Shown piece after piece: positions 43,960-53,247 of a stretch of DNA of 64,000 bases. Source of the DNA: an uncultured Myxococcales bacterium (GTDB lineage Bacteria > Myxococcota_A > Polyangia > Polyangiales > Polyangiaceae). The stretch is from positions 314 to 64,313 of the forward strand of contig CALKVG010000666.1 in NCBI GenBank assembly GCA_937998045.1, in the 5' to 3' direction. Under the pieces are notes generated by a model. That model was not told the origin of the DNA. It ran no database searches and saw only the letters and a list, made by a program, of their open reading frames with translations. The position numbers and the translations under genes are program-made. Position 1 is the first letter of the stretch, and every line of letters starts with the position of its first letter.

Positions 43960-44454
43960 TCAGGGTTGTTCCAGGATAGGACGGAGATCGAGCAAGATGA
44001 GGATCGTCCCTTCGCTATCGCTCGGTCGGCCGATGCCGGCGATGTGGGCCGGCTGATCTCCGCCGAGGACGTTGGCCGGCTCGATCTCCTCGCTGGCCAG
44101 ACGCCACACCTGCTGCACCTCCTCCACGAGCAGGCCCACCTGTTCGCTTGCGCCGGTCTCCGACAGGAGCACCCGCGTCTTGCGGTCGATGGGCGTCTCG
44201 GGCAGGCGGAAGCGTCGCCGGAGGTCGATCACCGTCACGAGGCGCCCGCGCACGCTGATCACTCCCAGCACGGTGCGGGGCGCGCGCGGCACCTCGGTGA
44301 TGGGCGGCGGGCGGAGGATCTCCACGATGTGCGCGATCTGCACGGCGTACGTCTCTCCCGCGAGGACGAACGCCAGGTACTCTACGCGCCTGCCGGCCTC
44401 TCCCGCGCGGCGTACCGCCCGCTTCTCGCCTCGAACCCGGGCCAGCGCTGCCAT
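43960..44454 (-). CDS. cheW: chemotaxis coupling protein CheW (second copy)
   Basis: 164 aa. YLAFVLAGETYAVQIAHIVEI...VLGVISVRGRLVTVIDLRRRFRLP. Confidence 0.85.
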   Translation of the reverse strand: MAALARVRGEKRAVRRAGEAGRRVEYLAFVLAGETYAVQIAHIVEILRPPPITEVPRAPRTVLGVISVRGRLVTVIDLRRRFRLPETPIDRKTRVLLSETGASEQVGLLVEEVQQVWRLASEEIEPANVLGGDQPAHIAGIGRPSDSEGTILILLDLRPILEQP

Positions 44455-44457
44455 CGA

Positions 44458-46734
44458 TCATGCCCTCCCGATCCGGCGAAGCTCGCCGTCCGCCTCGAGC
44501 GCCGACGCGAGCAGGCGCGTCTCCCCCGGTGCGAGGACCTCCTCGATGAGCGCCGCCACGTCGAGCACCAGGGCGACGCGTTGATCGCCCAGCTCGGTCG
44601 CGCCGGCGAAGCCTCGCACGCTCTTCAGCGACTTTCCCAGCGCCTTGATGACGATGTCCTGCTGCCCGACGAGCTCGTCGACTGCGAAGCCGAGTCGCCG
44701 GTTGCCGACCTGCGCGATGACGACGAACGCCCGCGGCCGCTCGCGGCGGCCCGGCGGCAAGCCGAAGAGCCTCCCCAGCCGGCAGATCGGCAGCGACGTG
44801 CCACGCACGGTGAGCACCTCGCGCGCCTCCACGATCCGCACGTGGCGCTCGTCGAGAGCGATGGCCTCCTCGACGCTCGCGAGCGGGACGGCGAAGAGGC
44901 GGTCCTCGATCTCGACGAGCAGCACGTTGATGATCGCGAGGGTGATCGGCAACGTGATGGTCATCTTCGTGCCGATGCCCACGTCGCTCGCGATGTCGAC
45001 GACGCCGCCCAGCTTGGCGATGTTCGTCTTGACGACGTCGAGGCCCACGCCGCGCCCGCTGAGGTCCGTCGCCACCTCCTTGGTCGTGAAGCCCGGCATG
45101 AAAACGAGTGCGAGGACCTCGCGCGGCGAGAGCTCTCGCGCCTCGTCCGCCGTGAGCATCCCCTTGCGAACGGCCGCGGCGACGAGCGACGCGTGATCCA
45201 TCCCGCGACCGTCGTCCTCGACCTCGATGACGACCTGGTTGCCCTTCTGGAACGCGTTGAGGGCGATCGTCCCCACGGGGGGCTTTCCCACGCGGAGCCG
45301 CTCGTCGCGCTGCTCGATCCCGTGGTCAATCGCGTTGCGGATCATGTGCATGAGCGGGTCGCTCAGCTCTTCGACGATCAGCTTGTCGATCTCGGTCTCG
45401 GCGCCCGTGACGACCAGGTTCACGCCCTTGGCGAGCTCGCGCGAGATCTGGCGGACGACGCGCGCCAGCTTGTCGAAGGCCTGGCCCAGAGGGACCATGC
45501 GCACCTCGAGGATGCCGCTCTGCATCTGCGCGAGGTGACGCTCGAACGTGCGGTTGAGGCGCCCGAGCTCGATCGCGAGATCGCGCCCGCCCGTGACGCC
45601 GGCGCGGGCACGATCGGTGAGGTTCGCGATGGCGGTCTTCACGATCGCGAGCTCGCCCACGATCGTCATCAGGCGATCGAGTTTGCGTATGTCGACGCGC
45701 ACGGTCTGGCTGACCGAGCGGAGCGACATCTCCTGCGCGACGGGGGCGGCCACCGGTCGCGGCGCGGCGGCGACGCCCGTCGCGGCGAACGATTGAGCCG
45801 GCGCGAGCACGGACGGAGGAGCATGCGCCTCCTCCCCGCGATCGCGCTGCGGGCTGCCGGTTTCGTGCGTCGCGGACGGCGCGGGGGTGAGCGCGACGGA
45901 CGCGGCGCCGACCGGGGGCGGAGGCGGCGCCACCGACGGCGAGAGGGAGGCAGGCGCGCTCGCGCCCGAGCGCTGGCGCACCTCGTCGATGACGATGTTG
46001 GGACCGCTGATCGCAGTCCGCAGAAGGTCGACGGACGCCCGGCTCGCCATGAGGATCTCGAGCTCGATCGTGTCGACGTCGGATCCGGCACCGGTGGGTA
46101 GGTAGGTGATGATCTCGCCGTGCGGGCGCGCCTTCGCCTTGAGCTCGTCGAGCGCGCTGTCGATGGTCGCGAGCGAGAAGCGCACGCGGATGCGGTAGAG
46201 GCCGAGCCCCTGCTGCACGTTGGTTCGCAGACGGTGCTCTTCGTACTCCGTGAGCACGCCCATCAGCGCTGGGTCGAGGTCGTACCGTGCGACGACGCCC
46301 GCGCCGCTCCCGGTGCGCCGCTGCGAGATCTGCCCGAGTGCGAGCAGCAGCTGCTCCACCTCGGGGCCCGGGTCTTCGCCCTCGCCGCTCTCGGCGGAGA
46401 GGATGCGCGCGTAGAGAGACACGGCCTGGAAGAGCAGATCGAGCACGGAGGGCGTGAGCTCGATTCGCCCGAGACGCAGGTCGTCGAGCACGTCTTCGAG
46501 CTCGTGCGACAGCCCCGCCATGCGCGTGGCGCCGAAGAGACCCGACAGTCCCTTGAGCGTGTGCACGCCGCGGAAGACGTCGTTGATGAGCTCCGCGTCG
46601 GGCTGTTTCTTCTTCAGGCCCTCGTCGAGTGCGAGCAGATCACGCCCGAGGCCGTCGACGAGCTCCTGCGCCTCGCTGAAGAACTCGTCGCGCGCCTTGT
46701 CCCCGCTGTCGCCGCGACCGCCGCCTTCGACCAT
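44458..46734 (-). CDS. cheA: chemotaxis histidine kinase CheA
   Basis: 758 aa. Hpt FRGVHTLKGLSGLFG, dimerisation VRVDIRKLDRLMTIVGELAI, N-box PLMHMIRNAIDHGIE, G1 VEDDGRGMD, G2 SGRGVGLDVV, C-terminal CheW-like domain. Confidence 0.9.
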   Translation of the reverse strand: MVEGGGRGDSGDKARDEFFSEAQELVDGLGRDLLALDEGLKKKQPDAELINDVFRGVHTLKGLSGLFGATRMAGLSHELEDVLDDLRLGRIELTPSVLDLLFQAVSLYARILSAESGEGEDPGPEVEQLLLALGQISQRRTGSGAGVVARYDLDPALMGVLTEYEEHRLRTNVQQGLGLYRIRVRFSLATIDSALDELKAKARPHGEIITYLPTGAGSDVDTIELEILMASRASVDLLRTAISGPNIVIDEVRQRSGASAPASLSPSVAPPPPPVGAASVALTPAPSATHETGSPQRDRGEEAHAPPSVLAPAQSFAATGVAAAPRPVAAPVAQEMSLRSVSQTVRVDIRKLDRLMTIVGELAIVKTAIANLTDRARAGVTGGRDLAIELGRLNRTFERHLAQMQSGILEVRMVPLGQAFDKLARVVRQISRELAKGVNLVVTGAETEIDKLIVEELSDPLMHMIRNAIDHGIEQRDERLRVGKPPVGTIALNAFQKGNQVVIEVEDDGRGMDHASLVAAAVRKGMLTADEARELSPREVLALVFMPGFTTKEVATDLSGRGVGLDVVKTNIAKLGGVVDIASDVGIGTKMTITLPITLAIINVLLVEIEDRLFAVPLASVEEAIALDERHVRIVEAREVLTVRGTSLPICRLGRLFGLPPGRRERPRAFVVIAQVGNRRLGFAVDELVGQQDIVIKALGKSLKSVRGFAGATELGDQRVALVLDVAALIEEVLAPGETRLLASALEADGELRRIGRA

Positions 46735-46737
46735 GGG

Positions 46738-47181
46738 CTATGGGCCGCCGATGGGCGGCTCGCTCGAGCGCGCGACGCCCTCCAACGCGGTCAACAGTTT
46801 CGCGCAGGTGTCGCGCAGCTGGTCCGGAGTGAACGGCTTTGCGAGGTACGCGTTGGCGCCGAGAGCGATCCCTCGCTCTACGTCCTGCTCGCCGCGCAAG
46901 CTCGAGATGATGATGAGCGGAGTCGCGCGATGGTGCTCCGACTTGCGGATGAAGCGAATGAGCTCCAGCCCGTTGATGTCCGTCATGTTGATGTCCGTCA
47001 CGATCAGATCGTACGGACCGCGTGGGAGCAGGCGCATCGCGTCGAATCCGGAGCTTGCCTCGACGACCTCACACTCCCCCTCGCCCGCCCCGACGCTGGC
47101 GGCGAAATCCGGCGACTCGAGCACCGCGCGGACGAACGCTCGCGCGGAGACCGAATCCTCGACCACGAGAATCCTGCGCAT
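46738..47181 (-). CDS. cheY: CheY-like single-domain response regulator
   Basis: 147 aa from MRRILVVEDSVSARAFV. DLIVTDINMTDINGLELIRFIRK, LIIISS, AYLAKPF. Confidence 0.85.
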   Translation of the reverse strand: MRRILVVEDSVSARAFVRAVLESPDFAASVGAGEGECEVVEASSGFDAMRLLPRGPYDLIVTDINMTDINGLELIRFIRKSEHHRATPLIIISSLRGEQDVERGIALGANAYLAKPFTPDQLRDTCAKLLTALEGVARSSEPPIGGP

Positions 47182-47237
47182 GCATAAACCCCAGCACAGT
47201 GTACACGCCACGCGCCCAACCAGGCTACGGTTGCGAC

Positions 47238-47996
47238 ATGGGCATCTTCGCCGGTGAATCTGCCGCGATGATAGTCATCGGCGACGAGATCCTTTCAGGC
47301 AAGGTCGAAGAGGCCAACGTCGGGCCGCTCGCGCGCTGCCTGTGGTCTCTCGGCATCGTCCTCCGGCGTGTCGTCGTCGTGAGCGACGACGTAGAAACCA
47401 TTGCGCGGGAGGTCCGCGAGCACGCCCACCGCCACGAATGGCTCTTCACGAGCGGCGGAGTCGGCCCCACGCACGACGACGTCACCGTCGAGGCGGTCGC
47501 GAAAGCTTTCGGGGTCCATGTGGTGAGCTCGCCCCTCATGGAGGCGATGCTGCGCGCGCACTACAAGGAGCGGTGCACCGAGGGGCATCTGCGCATGGCG
47601 CTCGTGCCGGACGGCGCTTCCCTCGAGGCGACGGAGGACATCACATGGCCGACGATTCGCCTGCGCAACACCTGGCTACTCCCCGGCATCCCTGAGGTCT
47701 TCCGGATGAAGCTCGCGGTGGTGACGAGCGTCCTCGCGCGCGAGGGGCCGCGCACCCGCGCGCCGCTCGTATCGCACGCGGTCTACACGAAGATGGACGA
47801 GGGAGTCCTAAAGCCGCTGCTCGACGACGTCGTCGGGCGCTTCCCCGACGTGGCCGTCGGCTCGTACCCCAAGTGGTTCGACGCCTCGTACAAGACGAAG
47901 CTCACCTTCGACGGCCGCGACGAGGCGCGCGTGCTCGCAGCACGCGACGCCTTCGTCGGCCTCCTCCCCCCCGGCGAACCGCAACGCCTCGAGTAG
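47238..47996 (+). CDS. CinA-like molybdopterin-binding (MoCF) domain protein
   Basis: 252 aa. MIVIGDEILSGKVEEANVGPLARCL...WLFTSGGVGPTHDDVTVEAVAKAFG. Start ATG 47238 or 47268. Confidence 0.75.
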   Translation: MGIFAGESAAMIVIGDEILSGKVEEANVGPLARCLWSLGIVLRRVVVVSDDVETIAREVREHAHRHEWLFTSGGVGPTHDDVTVEAVAKAFGVHVVSSPLMEAMLRAHYKERCTEGHLRMALVPDGASLEATEDITWPTIRLRNTWLLPGIPEVFRMKLAVVTSVLAREGPRTRAPLVSHAVYTKMDEGVLKPLLDDVVGRFPDVAVGSYPKWFDASYKTKLTFDGRDEARVLAARDAFVGLLPPGEPQRLE

Positions 47997-48035
47997 CGTC
48001 CCGACCATCGGCCCTCGGGTCCCCGAGTCGAGACA

Positions 48036-48269
48036 CTACGCCGCTTGATCCTTGCGCAACCTGTGCTGGAGGTCGCTGAGGGCCTGGGCCGCCTTCTCGA
48101 GCTTCTTCGCGCTTTGCTCGAGCGCGCGCCGGCCCTGACCGACGCCGAAGTCCGCCCACGAAAGCCCGATGTCGAACAGCGCGTCGACCAGCGTCGAGGC
48201 CCTTTTCTCCGCCTCCGCCTGCTTTCCGCTCTCCGTCTGGCTCTTTGCGTTCTGCTCCGTCTGGCTCAT
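48036..48269 (-). CDS. small (77 aa) charged helical protein of unknown function
   Basis: Start moved to ATG 48269 (MSQTEQNAKSQTESGKQAEAEKRAS...), preceded by a strong Shine-Dalgarno AAGGAGAGG at appropriate spacing. Coding-like codon bias. Confidence 0.55.
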   Translation of the reverse strand: MSQTEQNAKSQTESGKQAEAEKRASTLVDALFDIGLSWADFGVGQGRRALEQSAKKLEKAAQALSDLQHRLRKDQAA

Positions 48270-48363
48270 GTTCGCACCTCTCCTTGGCGACTGGACGTCG
48301 CCGCTCAACGAAAGCACTCGATGCATGCGGCATCGCAGGGATGCCGCGGCCGCCGCGCGCGAG

Positions 48364-48954
48364 TCAGGCGCGCGGGAGGCACTCGTGGCAAACGAACCGC
48401 CGTTGCCGCCGCCGATCCACCTGCAAGCGCGGAGAATGCTCCTCGCCAATTCCGAGAATCCCCAGGTGCGCCCGCGTGCCCCGGACGAGCTCGCGCTCGC
48501 ACTTGGCGCAAGTCGTCGTGACGGCGAGGGTCACCTCCTGAAATGCCTCGATACCCTCGAGCGGATCGTGCTCCATCCGTTTTTTCAGCTTCTCGCGCTC
48601 CTTCTCCAGATGCTTCGCCGCGCGCTTCAGGCGCTCCTCGACGCTCTCGGTCGCCGCGTCGGCCACCTGGAGCGCGTCTTCGAGAATGGTGCGGACCAGG
48701 TTGGACACCGGGATGCGCAGGTTCTCGGCGAAACGCTTGAGCTCGCGCTCGAGCACAGCCGGGACCCGCGTGTGAAGGACGCGTTCCTTCCTGGCGTCCT
48801 TCGCGTCATCGCCCTCGCCGTCCCACCCACTGACTTCCTTCGACTCGGCGAGAGGCTGCTCGTCCTCCTGTCCCGGCAAGGCTGAATGGCCAGCCGCGTC
48901 AGGAGGACCGTTCGCTCCGCCGTGCCGCTCAATCTGTGTCACGGCGTGATACAT
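48364..48954 (-). CDS. hypothetical protein: acidic N-terminus, ribbon-helix-helix-like segment, coiled coil, C-terminal CxxC...CxxC zinc ribbon
   Basis: 196 aa. VLHTRVPAVLERELKRFAENLRIPVSNLVRTILEDAL resembles a CopG/RHH fold. Also CAKCERE...FVCHEC. Strong codon bias. Confidence 0.6.
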   Translation of the reverse strand: MYHAVTQIERHGGANGPPDAAGHSALPGQEDEQPLAESKEVSGWDGEGDDAKDARKERVLHTRVPAVLERELKRFAENLRIPVSNLVRTILEDALQVADAATESVEERLKRAAKHLEKEREKLKKRMEHDPLEGIEAFQEVTLAVTTTCAKCERELVRGTRAHLGILGIGEEHSPRLQVDRRRQRRFVCHECLPRA

Positions 48955-48977
48955 AATCCATTTGTATCACGCGTCAA

Positions 48978-49019
48978 GCCCTTCCGTGGCGCATCGCGTC
49001 GATGCTCGCCCGGAAGGGC
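48978..49019. promoter_or_regulatory. nested inverted repeat 24 nt upstream of the RHH/zinc-ribbon gene
   Basis: Outer 9-bp arms GCCCTTCCG (48978-48986) and CGGAAGGGC (49011-49019). Inner 6-bp arms GCATCG (48991-48996) and CGATGC (49000-49005). Confidence 0.4.
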
Positions 49020-49091
49020 AGCCCCTGGGGAGACCGGCGGCGAAAAAGGGCATGGGACGCTCACCTTCCGGCGCAACGCTCGATATGGGGC

Positions 49092-49131
49092 GGCCGCGTT
49101 CCCCTGGAAGGTGGCCGCGTTCCCCTGGAAG
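49092..49131 (+). repeat. perfect 19-bp direct repeat with 21-bp phasing in the divergent intergenic region upstream of the FHA gene
   Basis: GGCCGCGTTCCCCTGGAAG at 49092-49110 and again at 49113-49131. Confidence 0.85.
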
Positions 49132-49319
49132 AAGGTGGGGCGCCTACTCCCCCCCGGCGGAGCTCTGAGGACCCTTCCGACCGATCGAAGGAGACGGCGT
49201 TGAGCCAAGGCGTTGCATCGAGCGCGCCGGGCTAGCTACACTTCACCCAGCGCGACCCTGGCCACGCGTTCCAGTCGGCTTTGCCCCACCGGTACGAAGG
49301 CAAGCGCAAGCGGACCGCC

Positions 49320-50966
49320 ATGTGGAAGCTGGTCATCGAGGATGACGAAGGGAGGCGGACGACAGTACCGCTCACGCGGGACCAGTATTCCATTGGCCGC
49401 AAAGAGGGGAACACCATCCGCCTGACCGAGCGCAACGTCTCGCGCGAGCACGCGCGCATCTTCAAGAAACTGAACGGAGTCGAGCGACACCGCGGCGACG
49501 CCGCCCACAGGGGCGGGGGTGACGGCGAGAAGCCGACCTTCATCCTCGAGGATCTGACGAGCTATAACGGGGTCTTCGTCAACGGCCTGCGCATCTCGCA
49601 CGCGCAGGACCTGTCGCACGGCGACCTCGTTCAGATCGGCGATTACCGGATCATCCTCCAGGACGAGATGCTGGAGGACGTCGCCGGCGCGATCGCCAGC
49701 GACTCGAAGCAAACGCTGCCGAACGCGCCGCAAGCGCGCGCCGCGTCTTTGCTCGACCGCCCCAACCGCCTAGTCATGCTCGCCGGCCCGACCCCCGGCG
49801 CCGAGTTCCCGCTCGATCGCGAGCGCATGACCATCGGGCGCGCCGAAGACGCCAACATCTCGATCAACCACAACTCGGTCTCCAGGTTGCACTGCGAGGT
49901 GCATGCGCTCGGGGACGGGCGCTTCGAGATCGTCGACAAGGGGTCGAGCAACGGCGTTCGCGTCAACAGCGCCGAGCTGCGCCGCGGCATCGTCGAGCCG
50001 GGCGACGTCATCGAACTCGGCGACGTCAAATTCAAGTTCATCGGCGCAGGCCAGATCTTCCGGCCCACCGAGAGCCAGCAGCTCGCCCTGCTCGGCGACC
50101 GCGAGGCGACCGAGCTCGCGCGCGGTCAGCGGGGTTCTCGCGCGTTGCCTGTGGCCATCTTTCTCCTGGTCGTGGCCGCCGGGGGTGCGGCGGCCTGGGT
50201 CTGGGCGCGCCCGCGGATAGAGTCGCCGGCCGCGTCGATGGCGGCTCAGCGTTCGCCGGACGAGGCGACGCTCGACGACGCGAAGAGGCTCTGCGCGGCG
50301 GGAGACTGCGAGGCGGCGCACGAGAAGCTCGCGGCGTTGCCCGAGGGGTCACCCGTCCGCGCTTCGGCGGAATTCCGCGACGTCGAGACCCGATGGGCCG
50401 ACCATGTGCTCGCGCACGCCGACGCGGAGCCCGACTCCTCAAGGCGGCGCGCCATGTACCAGCGGGTCGCGCAGGCCCCGTCGGTCGACGGCCCGCGCCG
50501 GAAAGCGGCGGCGGACAAGCTCCAGCAGATGGACGCGGTCATGAACACGGTCGCTGCGACGTCGCTCACGCTGCCGACGTCGCCGGCGCATGGTTCGTCC
50601 GACGACGCCGCTCCTTCGCCGCGCCCGGACGCAGGCGCGCGCCGGACCGCGCATGTCGTTGACCCCGAAGCGGCCTCCCCCGCCACGGCGCCCGGCGCCT
50701 CGACGGCAGGCGCTTCCGCGGCGGTGCCCGCCGGCGCAACCAGCCGCTCGACCACGGCAAGCGTGGACGACCGCGAGCGCCAGCTCGCCCTCCAGGGCAC
50801 TCCCGACGCCAAGATGCTCCTCAAGCAGCAGCTCGAACAGCGCGTCTACAACGGCCGCGCGACCGACACCGAGATCAAGCTGCTCATCAGCACGTGCAAG
50901 GACCTGGGCGACAAGCTGTGCGTGCAGCAGGCGCGCTCGATCCAGCAGCAGCGCCAGAACCAGTAG
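49320..50966 (+). CDS. double-FHA-domain membrane protein
   Basis: 548 aa from MWKLVIEDDEGRRTTVPL. FHA1 YSIGRKEGNTIRLTERNVSREHARI...SYNGVFVNG. FHA2 MTIGRAEDANISINHNSVSRLHCEV...SSNGVRVNS. TM LPVAIFLLVVAAGGAAAWVWA, helical periplasmic part. Confidence 0.8.
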   Translation: MWKLVIEDDEGRRTTVPLTRDQYSIGRKEGNTIRLTERNVSREHARIFKKLNGVERHRGDAAHRGGGDGEKPTFILEDLTSYNGVFVNGLRISHAQDLSHGDLVQIGDYRIILQDEMLEDVAGAIASDSKQTLPNAPQARAASLLDRPNRLVMLAGPTPGAEFPLDRERMTIGRAEDANISINHNSVSRLHCEVHALGDGRFEIVDKGSSNGVRVNSAELRRGIVEPGDVIELGDVKFKFIGAGQIFRPTESQQLALLGDREATELARGQRGSRALPVAIFLLVVAAGGAAAWVWARPRIESPAASMAAQRSPDEATLDDAKRLCAAGDCEAAHEKLAALPEGSPVRASAEFRDVETRWADHVLAHADAEPDSSRRRAMYQRVAQAPSVDGPRRKAAADKLQQMDAVMNTVAATSLTLPTSPAHGSSDDAAPSPRPDAGARRTAHVVDPEAASPATAPGASTAGASAAVPAGATSRSTTASVDDRERQLALQGTPDAKMLLKQQLEQRVYNGRATDTEIKLLISTCKDLGDKLCVQQARSIQQQRQNQ

Positions 50967-51015
50967 GCATTGCGCCGTCCTCGATCGGACGGCGCGATGG
51001 CCTGCGCACGGCCTC

Positions 51016-52953
<1,938 letters not shown>

Positions 52954-53247
52954 TCGGTGGCTCCGTTCCCGCATCCATTGTCGGGTGACCACGCGCCCTA
53001 AAAGAAGCCAGGGGACACGCGATCGCGCTGCAACCCCGCCGCAGAGGAGACCCCTCTCCTTGCAGCCCAGAGGCTAACACAATGGCCCGGTGCTCTGGCG
53101 AGAACCGCGCATCGGGGAACGAGGAAACTGGCACGGCCGACACGCCTCAGCCGGTCGGCGCGACGGCCTGACCGTTTGCGCGAGCTCGCTCGAGCAAGTC
53201 CTGGTTATATGATCGCGGTCTCCCATGAGCTCGGGTGCACCGGCTAC

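Noticed and set aside
47199-47206. Palindrome GTGTACAC in the 56-bp cheY/cinA divergent spacer as an operator
   Set aside because: An 8-bp palindrome with no flanking symmetry or repeats is too short to distinguish from chance.
53129-53145. Possible sigma-54 promoter TGGCACGGCCGACACGC upstream of the triple zinc-ribbon gene
   Set aside because: The -24 half matches, but the -12 element reads ACAC instead of TTGC. Other TGGCAC hits (7509, 14293, 57243, 44795 minus) lie inside coding regions with wrong spacing.
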